The notes under the pieces were generated by a model. That model was not told where the DNA came from, searched no databases, and worked only from the letters and a program-made list of their open reading frames with translations. The translations under genes were made by a program, and so were the position numbers. Positions 28,324 to 38,885 of a DNA stretch of 64,000 nucleotides are shown here, in pieces. Origin of the DNA: Promethearchaeota archaeon (GTDB taxonomy: Archaea; Asgardarchaeota; Lokiarchaeia; Sigyniarchaeales; SOKP01); NCBI GenBank assembly GCA_048937405.1, contig JBHLNF010000005.1, forward strand, positions 1-64,000, given 5' to 3'. Each line of letters begins with the position of its first letter. The stretch's first letter is position 1.

Positions 28324-31197
28324 ATGACAGAAGAAAAATATAAAACAACACTGATAAATTTAGAAGAGATTCAAGCACATTCAGTAGATTATGAAGAAGT
28401 CGCCAAAAAAATGGATACATCCATAGAAGATGGTTTATCCGAAAATGAAGCACAAAAAAGAATCGATAAATATGGAAAAAATGAATTGATCAAGGAAAGA
28501 GGAAAAACTGCTTGGCAGATATTTATTGGTCAATTCAAAGATTTTCTAATATATCTTTTAATGTTTGCTATAGTTATATCAGTTATTATTGGAGTATATG
28601 AATCATCTAGACATGGAGGTGAACCATGGTCTACTGAGTATACTGATGCTATAGTCATTGCAGCAATTTTAATTGTAAATGCAATATTGGGATTTTATCA
28701 AGAATATCAAGCAGAAAAATCTATGGAGAGCTTAAAAAAATTAGCACCTCATTTTGCTAAGGTTAAAAGAGATGCGAAAGTAATAGAAATAGCAGTTGAA
28801 GATGTGGTTCCTGGAGATATAGTCTTAATTGAAGAGGGTGATAAATTTCCAGCAGATATTAGATTACATAAGCAATTTTCACTTTATGCAGATGAAGCAA
28901 TTCTAACAGGTGAATCACAGCCAGTTAAAAAACAAATAAAACCTGTTGATGAAAAAATGATTCTAGCAGATAGAACTAACATTGGATATATGAATACGAT
29001 AATAACAAGAGGGAATGGAGAAGGTATTGTAATTGGAACTGGAATGAAAACAGAAATAGGAAAAATCGCAGAAAGTTTACAAGAAGAAACCGTAGAGCTT
29101 AGTCCTTTTCAAAAGGAAGTTAATAAATTCGGTAAACTTCTTGGAATCCTTATTTTGGTAATCTGCTTTGCTGTTTTTGCTATCGATTTTATAATTCTGT
29201 TAATCACAGAATTTAATCTTGATGAGCTAATTCAAGCTTTCGAGATATCTATAAGCTTGGCTGTATCAGCCGTTCCAGAGGGGCTTATTGTTGTTATAAC
29301 AGTTGTTATGAGTATAGGAATGAAAAAGATGGCAGAAAAAAATGCTTTAGTAAGAAAATTGACTGCTGTAGAAACATTAGGAAGAGTAAATGTGATTTGT
29401 TCAGATAAAACGGGTACATTGACGAAAAATGAAATGACAGTTGTAAAAGTTTTTATAGGGGGCATTGAATATAATGTTGAAGGTGTTGGATATGCTCTTG
29501 AGGGCAAAATTATTAATGAAAAAGGAAATAAAATTCAATTAGATGAAAATATCAAGAAATTTTTAGAAGTCTGCATGCTTTGTAATAATTCTAATGTTTC
29601 AAGAAAGGATAATGGAACAAATGATACTAATGTAGTTGGAGACCCTACAGAAATTTCTTTGAAAGTATTGGCAATGAAAATGGACCTTGATACTCAAACA
29701 GAAAAGGTAGATGAAATTCCATTTAGTTCTGATAGAAAAATGATGTCTGTTGTAGTAAGAATCGAAGGAAAATTATATTCTCTTATAAAAGGGGCCCCAG
29801 ATGTTCTTTTAAAAAATGCAAGTCATGCTGTACATGATGGAACAGTTAAATCTATCAATGAGGTTAAAGATATAATTATTAATAAAAATGAAGAATTCGC
29901 TAAAAATGCTTTAAGAGTATTAGGAGTTGCTTATAAACCTCTTAATGAAGGATATAAGGAGGACGATATCGAACGAGATTATACATATCTAGGTTTAGCA
30001 GGAATAATTGATCCTGCTCGAGACGAAGTTAAAGATGCCATCGAAGAAGCAAGAATGGCGGGAATTAGAACAATTATGATTACAGGGGATCACAAAATTA
30101 CTGCGATAGCCATTGCCCATGAAATTGGATTAACTGATTCTAATGAAGCTATTACAGGAACTGATTTAGAAAATATGGATGATAATGAACTTCGAGAGAA
30201 GGTTAAAACAGTAGATATATTCGCAAGAGTTACCTCTGAACATAAACTTAGAATCTTAAGAAGACTAAAGGAATTGGATTTAATTGTAAGTATGACAGGT
30301 GATGGCGTTAATGACGCTCCTGCTGTTAAAAGTGCTCACGTTGGAGTTGCAATGGGTTTAAAGGGTACTGAAGTGACTCAGGAAGCATCCGATATGATCT
30401 TAATAGATGATAATTATGCCACTATTGTAAATGCCATTGAAGAAGGTAGAGGAATTTTTGAAACCACGAAAGGTTTCTTTAGATACATGTTGAGTACAAA
30501 TTTTGATGAAATATTTTTAATACTTGCAGCTTATATTGTAATGAAGCTATTATCAACGATATTTCTTGCCATTCCTGTAGCACCAATCCAGATCTTATGG
30601 TTAAATATAGCCACAGATGGTATACCTGCTATGGTATTAGGCTTTACACCGACAGATCCCGATGTAATGAAAGATAAACCTAGAGAGGGATTTACCTTAA
30701 TTCCTGAAATTAAAGGTCCGGTTCTCCTACTTGGAATTTATACTAGTATTACAGATATAACACTTTATCTACTACTTTGGAGTGTATTAATTCCAGCTTG
30801 GACTGAGACTGGAATAGATCCTGCACTAGTAAGTGGTACAACTATCTTTGGTATAACCTATACAGCGGAGGAGTACGCTATTGCATTAGCTCAAACAATA
30901 GTTTTTAGTAATTTAGTTATATGTGAACTATTGTTTGTGTTTACGTGTACATCTAATATCAAGCCATTCTATTTATTTCCAAATAAGCATTTATTCTGGG
31001 CAACCGGACTTTCTTTAGGACTTCAATTCTTAATTCTCTTTACTCCAATGTCAATAGCCTTTCATGTTATACCCATATACCATCCATATTACTGGATAGC
31101 GCTTTTTATTGGTGCTTTTAGTGTCTCTGTTGTAGATGAGATAAGAAAATGGAAACTTAGAAGAAATAGAGGAATGACACGACTAAAAAGAACTTAA
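28324..31197 (+). CDS. P-type IIA cation (probably Ca2+) transporting ATPase
   Basis: TGES, AVPEGL, CSDKTGT, KGAP, TGD, GDGVNDAP, ILWLNIATDG. Confidence 0.93.
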   Translation: MTEEKYKTTLINLEEIQAHSVDYEEVAKKMDTSIEDGLSENEAQKRIDKYGKNELIKERGKTAWQIFIGQFKDFLIYLLMFAIVISVIIGVYESSRHGGEPWSTEYTDAIVIAAILIVNAILGFYQEYQAEKSMESLKKLAPHFAKVKRDAKVIEIAVEDVVPGDIVLIEEGDKFPADIRLHKQFSLYADEAILTGESQPVKKQIKPVDEKMILADRTNIGYMNTIITRGNGEGIVIGTGMKTEIGKIAESLQEETVELSPFQKEVNKFGKLLGILILVICFAVFAIDFIILLITEFNLDELIQAFEISISLAVSAVPEGLIVVITVVMSIGMKKMAEKNALVRKLTAVETLGRVNVICSDKTGTLTKNEMTVVKVFIGGIEYNVEGVGYALEGKIINEKGNKIQLDENIKKFLEVCMLCNNSNVSRKDNGTNDTNVVGDPTEISLKVLAMKMDLDTQTEKVDEIPFSSDRKMMSVVVRIEGKLYSLIKGAPDVLLKNASHAVHDGTVKSINEVKDIIINKNEEFAKNALRVLGVAYKPLNEGYKEDDIERDYTYLGLAGIIDPARDEVKDAIEEARMAGIRTIMITGDHKITAIAIAHEIGLTDSNEAITGTDLENMDDNELREKVKTVDIFARVTSEHKLRILRRLKELDLIVSMTGDGVNDAPAVKSAHVGVAMGLKGTEVTQEASDMILIDDNYATIVNAIEEGRGIFETTKGFFRYMLSTNFDEIFLILAAYIVMKLLSTIFLAIPVAPIQILWLNIATDGIPAMVLGFTPTDPDVMKDKPREGFTLIPEIKGPVLLLGIYTSITDITLYLLLWSVLIPAWTETGIDPALVSGTTIFGITYTAEEYAIALAQTIVFSNLVICELLFVFTCTSNIKPFYLFPNKHLFWATGLSLGLQFLILFTPMSIAFHVIPIYHPYYWIALFIGAFSVSVVDEIRKWKLRRNRGMTRLKRT

Positions 31198-31235
31198 AAA
31201 ATTTTTATTTTATTTATATTTTCTATTTGTTTTTA
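31196..31235 (+). terminator. Probable archaeal oligo-T terminator
   Basis: T-rich tract right after the ATPase stop. Confidence 0.35.
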
Positions 31236-31379
31236 TACAATTTTTTAATGTAAAAAGATAAATTTCTTCAATATATTGTTGCTTAAATCCTTTTAATTAA
31301 TTTTAAATCATTCTAAATATTATATTACATAATTAGTAGTTAGTAGGTTAACATACTTAAACGAGATTGATGGATAAGA

Positions 31380-32066
31380 ATGAATATTACTGAAGTAATA
31401 AAAAATAAGATTGAATCAAATCAGACAGTTTTAACTGAATTTGAATCTAAGCAATTATTACAAGAAATTGGAATTTCTATTCCAGTTCAAAAATTAACAA
31501 CTTCTAAAGAAGAGACCATTTCTGCAGCTGAAGAGATTGGTTTTCCAATAGTAATGAAACTTATGGCAGAGGATGTTGTGCATAAATCAGATACTGGTGC
31601 TGTTAAACTTAATTTAAACACAAAAGAAGATGTCGATAAAGCTTATGATGACCTTATGAGCATCCCCTCTCAAGCAGAAAAAATGATTTCTGTTCAAAAA
31701 ATGGCAGATGAACCGATAACAGAACTCATCATTGGTATGACTACTGACCCTCAATTCGGTCCTGCTTTAATGTTTGGAATTGGAGGAATTTTAGTAGAGC
31801 TTCTGGAAGATGTTAGCTTTAGAATTGCTCCAATTACAGAATATGACGCTAATGAAATGATACATGAAATAAAAGGCTTCCCCATTCTTGATGGCTATCG
31901 AGGAAAACCAAAAGCAGATGTTAAAGCTATTGTTGAAGTGCTTATGAAAATTTCTGATCTTGTTACTGAACATGAAGAAATTAATGAAATGGATTTAAAT
32001 CCCGTATTTATTTACGAAAAAGGTTTAATTTGTGTAGATGCGAGGATTATCTTAAAAAAAGATTAA
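31380..32066 (+). CDS. ADP-forming acetate/acyl-CoA ligase beta subunit (ATP-grasp)
   Basis: LTEFESKQLL, IGFPIVMK, HKSDTGAV, DPQFGP, GIGGILVE, EMDLNP, VDARI. Confidence 0.92.
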   Translation: MNITEVIKNKIESNQTVLTEFESKQLLQEIGISIPVQKLTTSKEETISAAEEIGFPIVMKLMAEDVVHKSDTGAVKLNLNTKEDVDKAYDDLMSIPSQAEKMISVQKMADEPITELIIGMTTDPQFGPALMFGIGGILVELLEDVSFRIAPITEYDANEMIHEIKGFPILDGYRGKPKADVKAIVEVLMKISDLVTEHEEINEMDLNPVFIYEKGLICVDARIILKKD

Positions 32067-32307
32067 ATCTATTTCCAAAAACCAATATTATCTTATTATC
32101 CTATATTAATATTATTTCAAAAACATTCTACTTTATATAAGTTTTAAATAATATATGTAAGAAATTACATAATTTTCATTAAATATAAATTAGGAGATTG
32201 TTATAGATTTCTTAATTAAATTTTAATTTAGAAAAATTATTTAAGAACAAATATACAAAATTATAGTAATTATTTACTAATTCTTTTTCAAAATAAAATA
32301 AATTAAA

Positions 32308-35300
32308 TTGATTTCTATGAGTAAATCTGAAATAAAAAAGAGAATAAAGGCTTTAATCTTTCTTATCTTAATTATAGGAACATTTTCCACATTTTTAAAT
32401 ATAATACCGAAGAGCAGTACCGAAAAGAATATTCAATCTGATGAAATAATTAAAGATGAAACTAACTTATTTGACATTAAAAATGATTCACTCAAAACAG
32501 CTGATTATTCTTCAACTACTAACGGAACTGGGAAGAATCTTAATGTTACTTTACATCAGTCGTTAACAAATACAACAGAAAAAGAGTTTTTAAACTTAGA
32601 TAATGCAAACACATTTAAAGCGGCTTGTCCTCTAGACACAGATTTTAATTCATCATATATAGATATAACAATAGAGGAAATAAATGCTCCAAATAAATCT
32701 ATAATTGTAGAGGATGATAATATTGATAACTGGCAAAATCTAGATCAAGTATTTGCATCTTTTGAAGTTCAAGGAACTGGTTATATTGAAAATATTTCAG
32801 TCTTCATGACACATTCAGGAGCAGGTACTTATCGATTAGTAGATTTTTATATCTGTCCTGCTGAAATCGATAATGGAAATTTAAGACCTGTAGATGCGAG
32901 TCTTAGTTTATTATATTCAGGTTTAAATGTAACTACTACAAACTGGTATAATATTACCAATATTCATGATCCATTTGATTCATCAACTACAATTAATAAC
33001 ACATTCTTTTTGTATACGACACATAGTACAGGTACAGGAACAATAAATTGGGGAGTTGTTTATGATATTGAAGGTGATGGGGTTAATGAATCAATTGTAT
33101 TAGATTCATCTGAAATGCCTATTACATTCACTTTATTAGAAGTAAATACTATTGATCTTAGATTAAAATTAGGTGTAGCCCCATTAAATAATACCCCCAG
33201 TCCAGAACAAATTGGTTTAAAAATCGATAATAAAACAGCTAATGGTTATGGTGATGGAATTAATTCAGGCTATTGGACCTCTAATGAAACAAAAGAAGGA
33301 ATATTAGGTAGTTTAACGTTTGAATTGAAAGCTGATTGGTGGGAAGTTTCATGTAATATTACAAAAGTTCAAATTAACTACACCAAAACAAATATAAGAG
33401 CTTCTACTGCTTTTAACATATCAAAATATGGTCAGCCAATTGAGTGGAATGCTACTCTTGGCATAATTAATGATTTCAAGACAACATTCGATAATTATAG
33501 AATAAATTTTACTGTTCCAAAAAAATGGAGCAATTTTCAAGCATTTAATGATACAGGTAATAATTTATCAGATAACACAACATTAGGATCACCTCAAGGA
33601 GGGTATATGGAATATCAAATTTACAATGCAAGTAATGGTCCAAATTGGTATATTACTGCAGAATCTGACAATTTAATTCATGCTATTAACACACTTGTTA
33701 ATTCTGTGAAAACTAATACCACTAATTATGGTGAAACTATCGATATTATAGGAAACTTTACGGAAACTATTAAAGATGGTAAGGCTACCGTTGAAATATA
33801 TAGTCCCGACTTCTCAGGTAACTATTTAAACTATTCTAACTATAATGATACTATTACCTCTAATAATGAAGTTGCTCTTGGCAGTTGGATAATTACAGAC
33901 ACCCCTATGGATTATGGTCAGTTTAGAGTACAAGTATTTTGGAGTAATGATACAGCAGCAGGTTTTTTTGAAAAGAATTTAACGATTTTAGCATTGACAG
34001 ATTTATTATTAATAGGTCCTGAAGATCGGGGGCGTTATTATAATAACGACACTTTCAATATTAATGTTTATTATAATGATACAGGTCAAGAATTGCCTAT
34101 AATCGATGCCACAGTCGGTAGTAATAACTCTAATGCAAGACCTTTTTATCCAACTGGCACAGATGGATATTATACAAGAGAAATAAATACAAGTGATTTT
34201 AATTATGGATGGAATTATATTGAAATAAATGCATCAAAAATCTATCACAATAACGATTCATATATTTTTTCATTTGAGAAAATTATTAATACTACAATAT
34301 ATCCAGGCAATATTCGGGATTTTGGAGATATCATAAAAGGAGATACTGTATCTTACTTATTTAATTATTCAGATATTAATCATGATTTTATTGAAAATGC
34401 AGTTATTCAAGAGGTTGATGTAGATCCTAGCTTTATATGGTCTTCGACACCAGAAAGCCAAGGAAATTATACAATTACACTTAATACTACTAACGTTAAT
34501 GCTTCGCCAACTCCTTATATTTGTAATTTTAACATTTCTGCTACTGGAAATGAAACACAGACTATTTCTTTACAACTTAGAGTAGTTATGACTCAAACAT
34601 TCATTGATATTCAATCATATAATTCAACTTTAATAAGAAAAGATCGACTTAATCAAACGGTTACTTTTTATTTCAATGATACTGATAATAATATTGTGAT
34701 TCCTGGACTGAATGCTGATACAATCACAGTTATCGATAACCAGACAGGATTACCAAGATCTAAGTGGCTTTATACTCCTGGACCATCTGGTTTTTATGGG
34801 TTAAATATTAGTATGTTAGGTTTAAATTCTGGATCGATTAGGTTTTGGATAAATGTTTCACTCCCTCCTAATTACAACTGGAGTTTAACCTTTATTGATT
34901 TTTATCTAAGAGGAAATCTTACGGATATACCTAAGATATCTCTTTCAGATCCAAATGGTCAAGGAGCACTAACTACAACTGGAGGTAATTATTCGATTTT
35001 TGAAGAACGCGACTTGTATGTAGATTTCAATATAACCGATACTGATTACAATGGTAATCTGATAACTTCAGCAATGGATTCCTACACAATTGAATTTATT
35101 GAAATAGGAAATTCTACAAACCAAGGATTTTTAAATCAAAGTATAAGTTTTGATGCTAATACTAATTCCTTTAAAGGGTATCTCTCAATTACAGAACTTC
35201 CTAGAATTGGTGCTTATACTTTAACAATAAGAACTACAAAAACTAATTATGAAGAAACTGATATTAGTTTTAATTTGATTATAAAGGCGAGATATATTGT

Positions 35301-36999
35301 GGAATTATCAGTTGTTTCTCAACCAGAGGAGGTAACTGCTGGAGATACTTTTAGAATAATATTTGAAGTACAATACAACAATGGCTCCGATTGGTTCCCT
35401 TTAGAGGCCTCAACTATTATAATCACACCCATTTTTAATAACATAGTTTCACAAGAAGTTCTAACTAAAAGTACAAATAATACCGGAGGCGTATTTTTTG
35501 ATATAACTGTAGCCAGAGATGTCCTTAATATGAGTTTATCAGTTAGATTAGAAGCAGAGTATTACCATGCAGAATCTTTATTAGAAATCTCAGATATTAG
35601 TATAAATCCAGCACCCTCAGGATTTAATTTTGAAGATTTATTACCATATTTAATAATAATTGGTGCTGCTGTTGCTGTTGGAGGAGGTTCATTTGCGGTT
35701 TATCGAGGTGTTATTGTTCCAAAAAAGCGAGAAAAAGCTCGTATTCTTACAGAAGTTAAAACCATATTCGATGACGCTATAAGTTTAGAACACGTTTTAG
35801 TTTTATATAAGGGTACTGGTGTTTGTATCTACTTTAAATCATTTGGTTCAGAACAAATTGATCCCGAATTAATATCTGGTTTCATTTCAGCAATAAGCAG
35901 TTTTGGTAAAGATTTGGTATGTCAAGAAGAATTGAATGAAATATCCTACGGTGATAAAATGCTACTTTTATCTGATGGGGAATTTATAAGAGTTGCTTTA
36001 GTATTAAGTAAACAAGCCTCATTGATTTTACGGAGGAATTTAATGGAATTTATTCATACATTTGAAAAAGTTTATGCGGAAAATCTTCCAAAATGGAGGG
36101 GACAATTAAATATATTTAGAGATGCTGGAATTATTATTGATGATATTTTTAGTACCTCAATTATTTTACCACATGAAATAACTTATGAACATTCTAGTGT
36201 TAAAACATTGAAGAAACCTCAGTCAAGAGAAGTTATTAAAATTGCAGAAAATTTAATGAAAGATTCAGAAAGGAATTTTTTCTTTATAGCAACTTTATTA
36301 AAAGAATCTACTGAAAAAACAGGTAAAGATACAGCAGAGGTTTTCATGGGTATTAAAGAATTGAGAGATAATAAAATTTTGATGCCCATTGAAATTTCTA
36401 CAATTGAGAAAAAGCCAATTTCCCAACAAGAGATAAATCTTATAAACCAAAAAGTTGGAACTTTAGTTAATCTATCACCTGAGGAAAGAGAGAAATTAGT
36501 AAATGATCTTGCACAATTAGGACCAGCTGAGAGAGAAGCTTATTTTGTAAGTATAAAAGAACAGCATGAAATTGTTTCTGCTCCAATTGAATCCGAATCA
36601 GAAATAACTATAATTGAAAACCAAAAGCAAGCTAATAAAGAAATTAAAATCTTAAAAAAGAAAGCTTTGAATGCTAAGAAAGAAAAAGATTATGAAAAAT
36701 GCCTAAGAATTTATCAGAATGCGGCAAAGATCGCACTAGATTGGGAAATTACAAAGGAGTCTTATGAATTAGATGATACTATTCGAAAGACTAAAATTGA
36801 AGATCTTACAATAAAAATGAAGAATCTTGAAAAAGAAGCTAAATTAGCTGCAAAAAAAGAGAAATTTAATGAGGCAACTCAAAAATATAAGGTATCTTCA
36901 AAAATTGCTTCCGAAATATTCAAATTAGGCGTAGATGACATGACAAAAGAAGTTAAAAGGTTAACAAATAAATCAAAAGAATATGAAAAATTAATATAA
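32308..36999 (+). CDS. Large glycosylated cell-surface single-pass protein with cytoplasmic longin-like and helical domains
   Basis: Signal/anchor ALIFLILIIGTF; about 1100 aa of Asn/Thr-rich beta region with many NxS/T; TM near 35640-35720; then HVLVLYKGTGVCIY...LISGFISAISSF...ISYGDKMLL (longin-like). Confidence 0.75.
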   Translation: MISMSKSEIKKRIKALIFLILIIGTFSTFLNIIPKSSTEKNIQSDEIIKDETNLFDIKNDSLKTADYSSTTNGTGKNLNVTLHQSLTNTTEKEFLNLDNANTFKAACPLDTDFNSSYIDITIEEINAPNKSIIVEDDNIDNWQNLDQVFASFEVQGTGYIENISVFMTHSGAGTYRLVDFYICPAEIDNGNLRPVDASLSLLYSGLNVTTTNWYNITNIHDPFDSSTTINNTFFLYTTHSTGTGTINWGVVYDIEGDGVNESIVLDSSEMPITFTLLEVNTIDLRLKLGVAPLNNTPSPEQIGLKIDNKTANGYGDGINSGYWTSNETKEGILGSLTFELKADWWEVSCNITKVQINYTKTNIRASTAFNISKYGQPIEWNATLGIINDFKTTFDNYRINFTVPKKWSNFQAFNDTGNNLSDNTTLGSPQGGYMEYQIYNASNGPNWYITAESDNLIHAINTLVNSVKTNTTNYGETIDIIGNFTETIKDGKATVEIYSPDFSGNYLNYSNYNDTITSNNEVALGSWIITDTPMDYGQFRVQVFWSNDTAAGFFEKNLTILALTDLLLIGPEDRGRYYNNDTFNINVYYNDTGQELPIIDATVGSNNSNARPFYPTGTDGYYTREINTSDFNYGWNYIEINASKIYHNNDSYIFSFEKIINTTIYPGNIRDFGDIIKGDTVSYLFNYSDINHDFIENAVIQEVDVDPSFIWSSTPESQGNYTITLNTTNVNASPTPYICNFNISATGNETQTISLQLRVVMTQTFIDIQSYNSTLIRKDRLNQTVTFYFNDTDNNIVIPGLNADTITVIDNQTGLPRSKWLYTPGPSGFYGLNISMLGLNSGSIRFWINVSLPPNYNWSLTFIDFYLRGNLTDIPKISLSDPNGQGALTTTGGNYSIFEERDLYVDFNITDTDYNGNLITSAMDSYTIEFIEIGNSTNQGFLNQSISFDANTNSFKGYLSITELPRIGAYTLTIRTTKTNYEETDISFNLIIKARYIVELSVVSQPEEVTAGDTFRIIFEVQYNNGSDWFPLEASTIIITPIFNNIVSQEVLTKSTNNTGGVFFDITVARDVLNMSLSVRLEAEYYHAESLLEISDISINPAPSGFNFEDLLPYLIIIGAAVAVGGGSFAVYRGVIVPKKREKARILTEVKTIFDDAISLEHVLVLYKGTGVCIYFKSFGSEQIDPELISGFISAISSFGKDLVCQEELNEISYGDKMLLLSDGEFIRVALVLSKQASLILRRNLMEFIHTFEKVYAENLPKWRGQLNIFRDAGIIIDDIFSTSIILPHEITYEHSSVKTLKKPQSREVIKIAENLMKDSERNFFFIATLLKESTEKTGKDTAEVFMGIKELRDNKILMPIEISTIEKKPISQQEINLINQKVGTLVNLSPEEREKLVNDLAQLGPAEREAYFVSIKEQHEIVSAPIESESEITIIENQKQANKEIKILKKKALNAKKEKDYEKCLRIYQNAAKIALDWEITKESYELDDTIRKTKIEDLTIKMKNLEKEAKLAAKKEKFNEATQKYKVSSKIASEIFKLGVDDMTKEVKRLTNKSKEYEKLI

Positions 37000-37040
37000 T
37001 TTTCTTTTTTTTAATTTTCCTTTTTATTTTATTTTTATAT
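37000..37040 (+). terminator. Probable oligo-T terminator
   Basis: TTTTCTTTTTTTTAATTTTCCTTTTTATTTT directly after the stop. Confidence 0.4.
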
Positions 37041-37268
37041 CATAAGTGCTTTTAATGATTCTATTGAAAAATGTTATAGCTTTTCCTAAAAATTTGTAAA
37101 TTTTATGAGAGAAAAATGTTTTAGAAATATTCTATTTTGAAATATTAGTAAATCCATTAAAGAGTTTAGCTGAAACCTTTTTAGAAATAACATCAAAGAA
37201 AAAATGAGATAGTTGAAAAATAAAAATTTAATATTAAAAAAGAATTCTATTTAATCCTATTAGCAAAA

Positions 37269-38534
37269 TTAGTCAGATATACCATTCTCAGTTATAGAGA
37301 AAATGGCTTCTCCCTCAGGCAAGTTGGGAGCATCAACAACTTTGGCTATTCTTTGTTCTCCTTTGCCTTTTCTTAAATAAACTCTAATTGTGGAACCATG
37401 AGCAACAACATTTCCTCCTGCAGCCTGTAATGGATTTCCATAGAAAACATCAGGTTTAGATTGGACTTGATTTGTCACAACCACAGCTAAATCTGCATAT
37501 ATATCACATAATCGTAATAAATCATGTAGATGTGAATTAATTGTTTGCTGACGAGATGCTAATGTACCACGTCCTATATATTCGCTTCTAAAATGTCCTA
37601 TAAGAGAATCTACTATAATTACTTTGATATTTTTCTCTTTAATCAAGTTTGCTGCTTCTTTAATTAAAACAATTTGGTGATCTGAATTATAAGCTCTTCC
37701 GAATACTATGTTTTTTAGTACTTCTTTATGATCTAAATCTAAAGCTTCAGACATTTGAATTATCCTCTCTGGTCTAAAAGTTCCCTCTGTGTCAATATAT
37801 AAAGCCCTTCCCCCAATTCCTCCTTTTTCTTCTGGTAATTGAACATTAACACATAATTGATGCATTATTTGTGTCTTGCCAGTTCTAAATTCTCCAAAAA
37901 ACTCAATTACACTACCAGTTTCAACTCCTCCACCTAATAAATCATCTAACTCTTGGCTACCTGTAGTTATCCGAGCAATATTTTTTCTATGTTCCCACAC
38001 ATCTTCAGCAGATTTAAATCCAATATTTAATTTTTCCATAGAAGCCTTGATTAACTTACTTGTTGTCTTTTCACCAAGGCCAGATGAGTCCTGAATAATA
38101 CTAGGAGGTGTAAATGCGATAGATTCTAGACTTGAAAAGCCTGCTTTTATTAATTTATTTAGAGTTGCTTCTCCAACCCCCGGAAGCTTTTTCACAGCAT
38201 TAATGCAATCTTGCAAACTATCCTCCACATCTAAAATGTTTTCATCTTCAGAATACTCATCATCATCTAATTGATTTTCAACTTCAATCATATTTTCTTC
38301 ATTATCAATTTCATGAAAGACTTCATTTAATTCTGCTTCATCATCATAATCATCATTGATTAATTCATTAATTTCATCTTTATTCTCATCATTATCAGAA
38401 TGCTCAAATAATGCAAAACTTAAATGATCTTTATAGATTTTTCCTTTTGTATGATTTCTTTTACATTCTTTACAATAATAAGGTTCTCCCATTTCAAATC
38501 GATTATTATTTTCAATATTTTCTGCTTTAGCCAT
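37269..38534 (-). CDS. radA: DNA repair and recombination protein RadA with N-terminal extension
   Basis: HhH LPGVG, FKSA polymerisation motif, [39 protein letters not shown]. Confidence 0.96.
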   Translation of the reverse strand: MAKAENIENNNRFEMGEPYYCKECKRNHTKGKIYKDHLSFALFEHSDNDENKDEINELINDDYDDEAELNEVFHEIDNEENMIEVENQLDDDEYSEDENILDVEDSLQDCINAVKKLPGVGEATLNKLIKAGFSSLESIAFTPPSIIQDSSGLGEKTTSKLIKASMEKLNIGFKSAEDVWEHRKNIARITTGSQELDDLLGGGVETGSVIEFFGEFRTGKTQIMHQLCVNVQLPEEKGGIGGRALYIDTEGTFRPERIIQMSEALDLDHKEVLKNIVFGRAYNSDHQIVLIKEAANLIKEKNIKVIIVDSLIGHFRSEYIGRGTLASRQQTINSHLHDLLRLCDIYADLAVVVTNQVQSKPDVFYGNPLQAAGGNVVAHGSTIRVYLRKGKGEQRIAKVVDAPNLPEGEAIFSITENGISD

Positions 38535-38736
38535 AATTATTCACTTTTAAAAAGAAAAATAAGTGTTATTTTTAAAGATACTTTTTATTATGAATAGTTG
38601 TATCCTTCTTTATTTTAAGTAGAATAGAGTTCTAATTTTCAAATTTTTGTTTAATAAAAACATCAACTGTAAGCGACAATATTTTTTTTTTAAAGTGAAC
38701 TAAGAAATTCTTTTTGAATTTTTTTGATAAATTGCA

Positions 38737-38885
38737 GATTGATAAAATAATAAAACATAATTAGATTAGACTATTAAAACGAGTAAAATTGTACTCATTA
38801 TATTTCAAATAATAATATCAACAATGTTTTGTTGTATTATTTGTGGCATTAGTCCGATTGCCTCTATCCCATCCGCTGAAATGGC
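38737..38885 (-). ncRNA. Putative omegaRNA/reRNA of TnpB copy 2
   Basis: Stem CAAATAATA/TATTATTTG (38806-38843) with a compensatory change relative to copy 1. Confidence 0.65.
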
